DNA from: an uncultured Clostridia bacterium | GTDB lineage: Bacteria > Bacillota > Clostridia > Christensenellales > UBA1242 | Direction of reading: 5' to 3' | Assembly (NCBI GenBank): GCA_944383315.1 | Contig: CALWPB010000001.1 | Span: forward strand, 29,197 to 93,196 | Length of the DNA: 64,000 nt | Shown here: positions 19,888 through 27,574 of the stretch, piece after piece | Numbering within the stretch: the stretch's first letter is position 1 | Layout: each line of letters opens with the position of its first letter | Notes under the pieces: model-generated | What the model saw: only the letters and a program-made list of their open reading frames with translations | Database searches by the model: none | Told to the model about the DNA's origin: nothing | Position numbers and translations under genes: made by a program

Positions 19888-21444
19888 TTATACGCGGAAT
19901 GCTTTTGTTGCATATAGAATAACTCCAACAATCCAAGATAACAACAAGTCAGCAATAGCTAATGCTGGAATATACCAAAGAGTAAAGAATTCAACTTCTA
20001 GTGGGGCAGTCATACCAAAACACAAACACATTGCAATTACAAATGTAGCCAAAACTACTGCAAGTAATATTCGATAAAGTAAATTCATACCCCAATTAAT
20101 ATCTTTAATTCTTGTTTTTTTATCTAAATCCTTAAAGGTAAGCAAAGCCATTACCCCAAAATATGTAAAGCCCAAAACACCATATAGTATATATAAAAAT
20201 GCGTGAGGTTCGTAAATCATTCCTGCATCTCGTAATAAAAAGTACGATAAAATCAATTCAATCATAAAAATAATTGTCATTATACCAGCGCGGCATAAAT
20301 TAAACTTATTTTTATCTATAAATGTTTTTTTGCTAAATGTAGTATTTTCTGTTTTTGAATATGGCTTTACAACAATATTATCTTGTTTTATGTGAGTATA
20401 TCCTACAGAATTTGTCGCAATTTTATGCACATTTGATTGAGTTGTACTATTTGCTTGGTGTTTATCTAAATTATAACGTCTATTTATTTCTTCCATTAAA
20501 TCTTTGTTTTGCTGAGCATATAAATCGTTTACGTGTTTTTCTTCCGGTTCTGGCTTCTTTTCAGAACGTAAAATTTCAGCAATTTGCTTAGAATATTCGG
20601 ACTGTTTCCTAGGCGCAGGCGAAGCTTCTGTTTGAGTAGTCTTTTGCTGTACAAATTCATTTTTAATACTATTATCACTTGGTTTTATCTCATTAGAAGC
20701 AGGTAAATCTGCATCCAAATCGCCCAAAATGTCTTTATAATTTATTTCATTACGACTTGACTTGTGTTCTTCTTGAATAAACTCAACATCAGGTTCATTA
20801 AGACCTGTAAATTTTATTTCAGGTTCTGTTTTATTAAAGGCTTCATCGTTTTTAGGTTCGACAGGAAGAACTGGGGTAGGGGATGATTTGGGTGCTGTAA
20901 TTTCTTCCAAATCTTCTGGTTCTACATATTCACGCATTTGCTGAGTAAAACTGTGTTGCTGAAAACCTTCCGCTTTACTTGGATCAAATTGTTCATAAAC
21001 AACATTATTCTTCAATGTTGGGGTTTCTTCTTTCTGTACGACTTTTTCAATAATAACTGTCTTTATAGGCTCTGGCTCAATTTTTTGTATAGGCTGTATA
21101 ATTGGTTCTGGTTCAATTTTCTTTACAACTGGCTCAGGCTTTATTTCTTCTGTATCTTCAAAATCAGAGATATCTATTGGTTGCTTTTCTTCTTGTTCAA
21201 GTTCGTGTTTACCCAAATTTGTTAGAGAATAATAATGACGTCTACCACCAATATCGCTGTCGCGCCAGAAAGAAGATACTAATCCTTTTTTCTCCATTCG
21301 AGATAAAGCACTATACAGACTAGGTTGCTTAATAGAAGTTTTCCCACGTGTAAATGTTTCGATTTCTTTAATAATTTCAAGACCGTATTTATCGCCACTT
21401 ACTAAGGCTTTTAAAATTAATTTGTTAATTTGGCTTCCAACCAT
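19888..21444 (-). CDS. PadR-family winged-helix regulator fused to a long acidic/Pro-rich linker and a C-terminal multi-TM domain
   Basis: N-terminal LILKALVSGDKYGLEIIKEI...QPSLYSALSRMEKKGLVSSFW...RRHYYSLTNLG is a PadR wHTH. The linker carries KIEPEPI-type repeats. The last ~140 aa contain 4-5 hydrophobic helices. Confidence 0.75.
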   Translation of the reverse strand: MVGSQINKLILKALVSGDKYGLEIIKEIETFTRGKTSIKQPSLYSALSRMEKKGLVSSFWRDSDIGGRRHYYSLTNLGKHELEQEEKQPIDISDFEDTEEIKPEPVVKKIEPEPIIQPIQKIEPEPIKTVIIEKVVQKEETPTLKNNVVYEQFDPSKAEGFQQHSFTQQMREYVEPEDLEEITAPKSSPTPVLPVEPKNDEAFNKTEPEIKFTGLNEPDVEFIQEEHKSSRNEINYKDILGDLDADLPASNEIKPSDNSIKNEFVQQKTTQTEASPAPRKQSEYSKQIAEILRSEKKPEPEEKHVNDLYAQQNKDLMEEINRRYNLDKHQANSTTQSNVHKIATNSVGYTHIKQDNIVVKPYSKTENTTFSKKTFIDKNKFNLCRAGIMTIIFMIELILSYFLLRDAGMIYEPHAFLYILYGVLGFTYFGVMALLTFKDLDKKTRIKDINWGMNLLYRILLAVVLATFVIAMCLCFGMTAPLEVEFFTLWYIPALAIADLLLSWIVGVILYATKAFRV

Positions 21445-21471
21445 AAACTTTCTCCCTTTTAATTCTACTTT

Positions 21472-21500
21472 ATTCTATATCAAAGTATAAAATTTGTCAA
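21472..21500 (-). promoter_or_regulatory. Sigma-A promoter of the PadR-like gene
   Basis: On the minus strand: TTGACA (21500-21495), 17-nt spacer, TAGAAT (21477-21472). Confidence 0.55.
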
Positions 21501-21507
21501 TTATTTT

Positions 21508-21574
21508 GTAGTATTATGCATTGCATAACACACTAAATATAGTACTATTCACAATATTACGCAATGCATAGCAC
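21508..21574. repeat. Inverted-repeat element (copy A) with a central ATAGTACTAT palindrome; candidate operator
   Basis: tatgcattgc (21515-21524) pairs with gcaatgcata (21561-21570). Perfect palindrome atagtactat at 21539-21548. Clearly related to the element at 44454-44516. Confidence 0.6.
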
Positions 21575-21671
21575 GGTGTTTTTTTACGAATCAGGTATTT
21601 TTAATTTATTTAATTGTTTTAAAATTAAATTTGTGATATATTGATTATACAAATTAAAGGAACAAGTAGGT

Positions 21672-22343
21672 ATGGTAAATATTGATATTTTAATAAGAAC
21701 AAATCGAAAATCTATTTCAATTTCAGTTTCTCAACAAGGTGAAGTTGTAATTAAAGCTCCTAAAAGTTGCTCCTTGTCAACTATACAACAAATAGTAGAT
21801 AAAAAAGAAAATTGGATAAATTTACACCGTGAAAAAGTATTAAATAATCAAGAGTTGAATAAAGGTATATTTGAATACAGTGATATTTTATTTTGTGGGC
21901 AAGTTTATCACATTGTCTACGATGATAAAATTAAATGCATTACACTAAATGATAATTACTGCATTGTTCCAGAAAAATATTCTACAGATTTGCCTAAGTA
22001 TCTTGTAAAATGGTACAAAAAAATTGGCACATCAATTTTATGGGGTAGGGTACAGTACTTTGCTGATTTAATGCAACTGACTCCATCAAAAGTACGTTTA
22101 AGCAACGCACGTGGATGCTGGGGGTCTTGTAATAGTGCTGGCTTAATTTCTTTAAATTGGCGACTTATAATGGTTCCACACGATTTAATTGATTATGTAG
22201 TTGTGCACGAATTATCGCATCTTGTACAAATGAATCATTCACAGTTATTTTGGAATGTGGTAAAAAGTGTTTTGCCTGATTATGCTACACGTAGGAAGGC
22301 TTTAAAAAAAGGAGATTATTTACTCGCTCTATACAGAGATTAA
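21672..22343 (+). CDS. YgjP-like (DUF45/M48-related) metal-dependent hydrolase
   Basis: WGSC motif and HELSHL zinc motif in the usual DUF45 positions. Confidence 0.8.
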   Translation: MVNIDILIRTNRKSISISVSQQGEVVIKAPKSCSLSTIQQIVDKKENWINLHREKVLNNQELNKGIFEYSDILFCGQVYHIVYDDKIKCITLNDNYCIVPEKYSTDLPKYLVKWYKKIGTSILWGRVQYFADLMQLTPSKVRLSNARGCWGSCNSAGLISLNWRLIMVPHDLIDYVVVHELSHLVQMNHSQLFWNVVKSVLPDYATRRKALKKGDYLLALYRD

Positions 22344-22542
22344 ATTAAGCAGAATAAAATGTAATGAAAACTTGTTCATAATAAAAATTAAAAAGTTATT
22401 TTGCATTAAGCTTAAACATTACACAATAAAAATTATATACAGTTTGTTATAAAAGTCTCTAAATGCTATGCATTATTTGATACAATAAGCTAATTTATAG
22501 AAATTTGATTTAATAGGGGATATTTTGTTTAAAATGTCCGTA

Positions 22543-22576
22543 AACTATGCGTAAAATACAAGTTTTACGCATAGTT
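22543..22576. repeat. Perfect 14-bp inverted repeat (hairpin) within the long ORF-free gap
   Basis: aactatgcgtaaaa (22543-22556), loop tacaag, ttttacgcatagtt (22563-22576). A weaker GC hairpin and T-runs follow at 22578-22620. Confidence 0.7.
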
Positions 22577-23039
22577 AGGGCTAAAAATTGGGGTTTTGCC
22601 CGATTTTTTGCGTTTTTTTTATGAATTCTAGTCTTAAATGCTCTCTAAAATCACTTTGTTTATTATAATACAATTTAAAAACTTATTAATTTAATTGCAT
22701 ACGATTATTTAATTTAATTTTTAATAATGTTGTTATTTGTTGTTATTTAAAGTTTGCATCAAATTTCATAAACTTTGTTTCTAACACTTGATTTAAAATG
22801 ATTTTAGACAAGAGATTTTTATTTTTAATGAATACTTGGTCATTGAAATTTTAGATTAATTTTAAAATGAGTTTACACAGAGTTGATTTTTGTTTGCTGT
22901 CAAAAATTTTATAACAAATGCTAAAAACAGTTTTTAGACAACGTACATTAAAGCTTTCTATGTGTTAATCATATAATTACAGAGTGTTTCTAGTAAATTT
23001 ATTTAAATAGGATTTTACGCATACTTTGGTCAAAATTGT

Positions 23040-23068
23040 TTTACAATCGATTTTAATTTTGTTATAAT
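23040..23068 (+). promoter_or_regulatory. Sigma-A promoter (extended -10) of the recombinase gene
   Basis: TTTACA (23040-23045), 17-nt spacer ending in TGt, TATAAT (23063-23068). Confidence 0.6.
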
Positions 23069-23097
23069 ATATTTAAATGAGTTTTTGGAGGTTTTCT

Positions 23098-24144
23098 ATG
23101 TCAGAAAATTATTATGTACAGCGTAATGATAACAATACTACTCGTATACGAGAACTTAAACAAGACCTTCCCTATTTTTGCAGTGAATTTTTTGTCGGTG
23201 TCGAGAATCAAACTACACCATTAACACGTTTAAATTATGCTTATGATTTAAGAATATTTTTCCATTATTTATGTTCCCAGCTACCCCAATTTAAAGGCCG
23301 CACTCCAAAACAAATATCATTAATGGATTTAAATTTAATTGATGCAACACAAATAGAAAATTTCCTTGATTATCTATCTGTTTATGAATTTAATGGTAAA
23401 ACTTATCACAACAATGAGAAAGCAAAATCACGTAAATTATCGACATTACGGTCTTTTTTTGGTTATTTTTTCAAAAAGGAAAAGATTGATAGAAACGTGA
23501 CAGAAAAAGTAGATTTGCCTAAACTCCACGAAAAAAATATTGTTCGACTTGAAGTAAATGAAATGGTGGATTTATTGGATATGGCTGAAACGGGTTATGC
23601 CCTATCCCCTACCCAACAAGCTTTTCATAGGCACACTGAATCGCGCGATTTTGCGATATTAACGCTACTTTTGGGCACTGGAATACGTGTTAGTGAATGT
23701 GTTGGACTTGATGTTGATGATATAGATTTTAATATAAACGGATTTAAAGTAATTAGAAAAGGTGGAGCTCAAGTTGTACTGTACTTTTCTGATGAAGTCG
23801 CTACTGCTTTGAAGAAATATCTTGAAGATAGAGCTCGTATTCCAGATTTGGACCCAAACGAACGTGCATTGTTTTTGTCATTACAAAAACGTCGCATTTC
23901 TACAAGAGCTGTACAAAATTTAGTTAAAAAATACAGTCAGTTAGTTACCCCTCTTAAAAATATAAGTCCTCACAAACTGCGTAGCACATACGGTACTAAT
24001 TTATATAGAGAAACCCAAGATATTTATGTAGTAGCAGATGTTTTAGGACATAAAGATATTAATACAACAAAAAAACACTACGCGGCTATGAGTGAAGATA
24101 TTCGCAGAGAGGCTGCTAATAAAGTCAAATTGCGTCAGGAATAA
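23098..24144 (+). CDS. Tyrosine recombinase, XerC/XerD-like
   Basis: N-terminal SAM-like core-binding domain. Catalytic domain with R (GTGIRVSE), HKLRST, LGHKDINTTKKHY (the final Y is the nucleophile). Start at the ATG after GGAGG. Confidence 0.8.
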   Translation: MSENYYVQRNDNNTTRIRELKQDLPYFCSEFFVGVENQTTPLTRLNYAYDLRIFFHYLCSQLPQFKGRTPKQISLMDLNLIDATQIENFLDYLSVYEFNGKTYHNNEKAKSRKLSTLRSFFGYFFKKEKIDRNVTEKVDLPKLHEKNIVRLEVNEMVDLLDMAETGYALSPTQQAFHRHTESRDFAILTLLLGTGIRVSECVGLDVDDIDFNINGFKVIRKGGAQVVLYFSDEVATALKKYLEDRARIPDLDPNERALFLSLQKRRISTRAVQNLVKKYSQLVTPLKNISPHKLRSTYGTNLYRETQDIYVVADVLGHKDINTTKKHYAAMSEDIRREAANKVKLRQE

Positions 24145-24163
24145 AAAATTTTATACTGATTTA

Positions 24164-24176
24164 AGAACAAATGTTT
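24164..24176. promoter_or_regulatory. LexA (SOS) box upstream of lexA (autoregulation)
   Basis: AGAACAAATGTTT, identical to the recA box, about 58 nt upstream of the lexA ATG. Confidence 0.7.
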
Positions 24177-24233
24177 GACTTTTAACATAAAATATGATAA
24201 AATGATGAAAAACATAAGGAGAAAATCAGTAAA

Positions 24234-24863
24234 ATGCAAAAAAGAATTTATAATAAAACTGAGCAATTATATGAGTTTATAAAAAAGTACAAATCTAAAA
24301 ATGGATTTCCTCCTTCTGTACGTGAAATGTGTGCTGCATTAAATATTAGCTCAACATCAACTATTACATATTATTTGAATTATTTGGAAGAACAAGGTAA
24401 AATTCGCAGAGGTGCATACAAAAACCGCGCTATAGAAATTTTAACACCAAATGAGCCAGATTCTCAACAAAGTTTGGAAATTATCAAAAGCTATTCCCCT
24501 ATCCCAGTTTTAGGACAAATTACAGCAGGACAGCCAATTTTGGCAACCGAAAATTATGAAGATTTGTACTATTTGCCTGCTAATTTGTTTAAGGGTAATG
24601 GACTATTTATCCTTAATGTAGTTGGTGATAGTATGATAAATGCAGGTATTTTCAACGGCGATAAAGTTGTAATTCGCAAACAAGAAACCGCAGAAAACGG
24701 CGAAATAGTAGCAGCGTTGATAGATGATAGCGCCACAATTAAGCGTTTTTATAAAGAAGACGGTCATTACAGATTACAGCCTGAAAATCCTACTATGGAA
24801 CCTATGTATTTTGATGAAGTTTCTATTATAGGTAAAGTAATTGGACTTATTAGAAATATGTGA
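24234..24863 (+). CDS. lexA: LexA repressor
   Basis: N-terminal wHTH (GFPPSVREMC). Cleavage-site region GQITAGQP (A-G). S24 peptidase motifs VVGDSM and ATIKRF. Confidence 0.95.
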   Translation: MQKRIYNKTEQLYEFIKKYKSKNGFPPSVREMCAALNISSTSTITYYLNYLEEQGKIRRGAYKNRAIEILTPNEPDSQQSLEIIKSYSPIPVLGQITAGQPILATENYEDLYYLPANLFKGNGLFILNVVGDSMINAGIFNGDKVVIRKQETAENGEIVAALIDDSATIKRFYKEDGHYRLQPENPTMEPMYFDEVSIIGKVIGLIRNM

Positions 24864-24903
24864 TTTTTGTTGGGTAACCAGCAATAAAACGCAATATAGT
24901 TAC

Positions 24904-24933
24904 AAAAAAATAGCACGAAAGTGCTATTTTTTT
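24904..24933. terminator. Bidirectional terminator (lexA / miaA)
   Basis: Stem atagcac/gtgctat with GAAA loop, flanked by A7 and T7. It overlaps the miaA stop codon. Confidence 0.8.
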
Positions 24934-25658
24934 ACATATTCCTTGTAAGAATTAACCAAGTAATCAATTAATTTTTGCTCATCTTTCACTTGCCATTCTT
25001 CAATATTTTTCTCGTGTCTAAACCAAGTTAATTGCCTTTTTGCATAATTTCTTGTATTCTTTTTTATCAATGTTATTGCATCTTCAAGACTAATTTCACC
25101 TTCCAAATATGACCAAATTTCTTTGTAGCCTATTGCTTGCATACATTGACAATCTTGCGTAACTTCTATATTTCGTAAAGCTTTTACCTCATTTACTAAG
25201 CCGTTATTTAGCATTTTGTCTACACGCAAGTTTATCCTTCTGTAAATTTCTTCTCTATCGTTGTTTAATAAAATATACTTATAGTCATATATAGTATTTT
25301 TCTGGCTTGTTTCAAAATCAAAGCCATAAAGTAAACTATCTATATAAAGACCAGTACCACCAACAATTACCGGCAGTTTTTGCTGTTTGGCGATATCTAT
25401 AATAGATTTTTTCGCTAAATTTACGAAATCAAACGCGTTAAAAGTTTCAAATGGTGAAATTATATTTATCAAATTATGCTTACATATCTGTTGTTCTTTT
25501 TGAGATGGTTTTGAGGTGGCAATTTCAATACCTTTGTAAACTTGAATTGAATCCGCAGAAATGATTTCCATATTCAATGATTTACTCAATTCTAAGGCAA
25601 AATCAGATTTTCCAACAGCCGTACAACCGCTAATTACTAATAATTTTTGCTTATTCAT
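24924..25658 (-). CDS. miaA: tRNA dimethylallyltransferase MiaA (short form, 244 aa)
   Basis: P-loop GCTAVGKS, ISADSIQVYKGIEIATSKP, VGGTGLY, AKRQLTWFR. Confidence 0.85.
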   Translation of the reverse strand: MNKQKLLVISGCTAVGKSDFALELSKSLNMEIISADSIQVYKGIEIATSKPSQKEQQICKHNLINIISPFETFNAFDFVNLAKKSIIDIAKQQKLPVIVGGTGLYIDSLLYGFDFETSQKNTIYDYKYILLNNDREEIYRRINLRVDKMLNNGLVNEVKALRNIEVTQDCQCMQAIGYKEIWSYLEGEISLEDAITLIKKNTRNYAKRQLTWFRHEKNIEEWQVKDEQKLIDYLVNSYKEYVKK

Positions 25659-27568
25659 TAAACAATCCTTCTAAACCATTTATCAACATCGCGATGCGAA
25701 AATTTTACTACAAAAGGTCTACCGTGTGGACATTGCAATGTAGTAGTACCGTCCCCTACTCCACGTACAAGTTTGACCAGTTCTTCCTTGTCCAAATCAT
25801 CCCCACCTTTTACCGCGTGTTTACAAGCAGTTTCAGCAAGATTGTCTCGAATTAAGTCCAAATCCTTTAATTGAGTGTAATTATTTAGGTTAGAGAGAAA
25901 GTTTTTGAAAAAGTTTTCAACATTTAAGTCTGGCAATAAACTAGGAATGGCAGATACTTTGAAAGATAAATTTCCAAACGGTTCAATTTCAAAACCTAGT
26001 GAACGCAACATTTCAATATTTTCATTAATATATTGCTCTTCGCTATGATTTACTTCAATATTATACGGTAATAGTAAACTTTGAGACGATACTTCTTTAT
26101 TTTTGATTTGCTCAACAAACTTGTCAAAAAGCAGTCTTTCGTGTGCTGCGTGTTGGTCTATAAAATATAGATTGTCATCTAATTCTAAAATAACAAAAGT
26201 ATTAAATGCTTTACCTATTATTCTACTAGACAGAAACGCATCTTTATCAACAATATCTTCTTTAATTAGTTGTTGCTGTGTAGGTTTTGGTACGTAATTT
26301 ACAGGCTCGTCATTTGATTGAAATTGATATATGCTATTATTCTGTGTTGTTGGAATAGAACCCGCTAATTTTTCTATCACAATTTCATTTAATATTGAAT
26401 TTTCAGAAGAATGTGCTGCGATATCTCCCCTAGCATTACTCTGGAAAATTGGACTATCAAGCACAAAATCGACGTTTAAATCATTAGTTTCAACTGTTTG
26501 ATTTTTTGACACTTCGGGCGCTCGCGTCAAAGTAAAAGCTGGTTGTTCTGGTTCGCTTTGTATTTCTTCATTTGTTTTTCTTGTTAAGTCCTCATATATT
26601 GTTTCTGTAATTGCTTTATAAACGAAACCAAAAATTGCTCTTGAATCTTGAAAACGAACTTCAAGTTTACTAGGGTGAACATTAACATCTACTTCGTCAT
26701 TAGGAACAGTAAGATTAATCACACAAAATGGAAAACAATGTTTCATCATATATGCTTCATAACTCTGTGATAATGCAACGTTAACTATACTATCAGCTAT
26801 CCACCTACCATTAATCATAATAGTTTGGTAAGTGCGATTTGCTTTAAAAAATGAAGTTTTACCTATAAAACCAGTTAAAGAATATTTATCATTATGAAAA
26901 TCAACAGGTATTAGATTTTCCATAATTTGTGCACCATAAATTGAGAAAATAGCATCTTTTAATCCTTGACCTGAACTATTATATATTAGTTTACTGTCTG
27001 CACTGTATTTAAAAGCAATATTTGGATTCGCTAGTATCAACTTTGCAACAAGAGTTGTTATATCACTCTCTTCTTTTTTAGGCTTCTTTAAAAATTTTTG
27101 TCTTGCAGGTGTATTGAAAAATAAATTTTCAACGCATATATAAGTACCAACTGGAGAACCTTTCTCACCTTTCGCTATAATTTCGCCGCCTGATATTTTT
27201 ATACTATGTCCATCGGTATTTGCTGTTTTTGATATAACTTCGACTTGACTTACAGAAGCAATAGAAGCAAGCGCCTCTCCTCTAAAACCTAGCGTACCTA
27301 TATGGTAAAGGTCGTTTTCTGTAGCAATTTTACTTGTAGCATGTGGCAAAAAAGCAGGCTCCAAGTCTTCCGGCAAGATACCACTACCATTATCGCTTAC
27401 TACAATTTTTGATATTCCGCCTTCATAAATTTGAATTTCAATTTTAGTAGCCCCTGCATCAATACTGTTTTCTACTACTTCCTTAACAATTGATGCGGGC
27501 TTTTCTACTACTTCACCTGCTGCTATTTTATTGAAAATTTCAGGTTTTAGGATATTTATTTTTGCCAT
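25658..27568 (-). CDS. mutL: DNA mismatch repair protein MutL
   Basis: GHKL ATPase N-terminus (IAAGEVVEKPASIVKEVVENSIDAG, GFRGEAL). C-terminal dimerisation domain with QHAAHER and CPHGRP. Confidence 0.95.
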   Translation of the reverse strand: MAKINILKPEIFNKIAAGEVVEKPASIVKEVVENSIDAGATKIEIQIYEGGISKIVVSDNGSGILPEDLEPAFLPHATSKIATENDLYHIGTLGFRGEALASIASVSQVEVISKTANTDGHSIKISGGEIIAKGEKGSPVGTYICVENLFFNTPARQKFLKKPKKEESDITTLVAKLILANPNIAFKYSADSKLIYNSSGQGLKDAIFSIYGAQIMENLIPVDFHNDKYSLTGFIGKTSFFKANRTYQTIMINGRWIADSIVNVALSQSYEAYMMKHCFPFCVINLTVPNDEVDVNVHPSKLEVRFQDSRAIFGFVYKAITETIYEDLTRKTNEEIQSEPEQPAFTLTRAPEVSKNQTVETNDLNVDFVLDSPIFQSNARGDIAAHSSENSILNEIVIEKLAGSIPTTQNNSIYQFQSNDEPVNYVPKPTQQQLIKEDIVDKDAFLSSRIIGKAFNTFVILELDDNLYFIDQHAAHERLLFDKFVEQIKNKEVSSQSLLLPYNIEVNHSEEQYINENIEMLRSLGFEIEPFGNLSFKVSAIPSLLPDLNVENFFKNFLSNLNNYTQLKDLDLIRDNLAETACKHAVKGGDDLDKEELVKLVRGVGDGTTTLQCPHGRPFVVKFSHRDVDKWFRRIV

Positions 27569-27574
27569 AATTAC

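Noticed and set aside
22590-22660. Possible DGR template repeat. It shares gcgtttttttt and ctctct..aaatca strings with the A-free patch.
   Set aside because: Hand alignment fails. Segment lengths differ (about 34 vs about 60 nt between the shared strings), and the mismatches are not confined to adenines.
22344-23076. oriC or a dif site within the long AT-rich gap.
   Set aside because: I found no DnaA boxes (TTATCCACA or its complement). The best dif-like match (agtttacacaga at about 22870) matches only one arm of the B. subtilis dif.
23077-24144. Tyrosine recombinase as the marker of an integrated mobile element or prophage.
   Set aside because: There are no phage or IS genes and no flanking direct repeats, and it is surrounded by housekeeping genes next to lexA. 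A chromosomal Xer-like recombinase is more likely.
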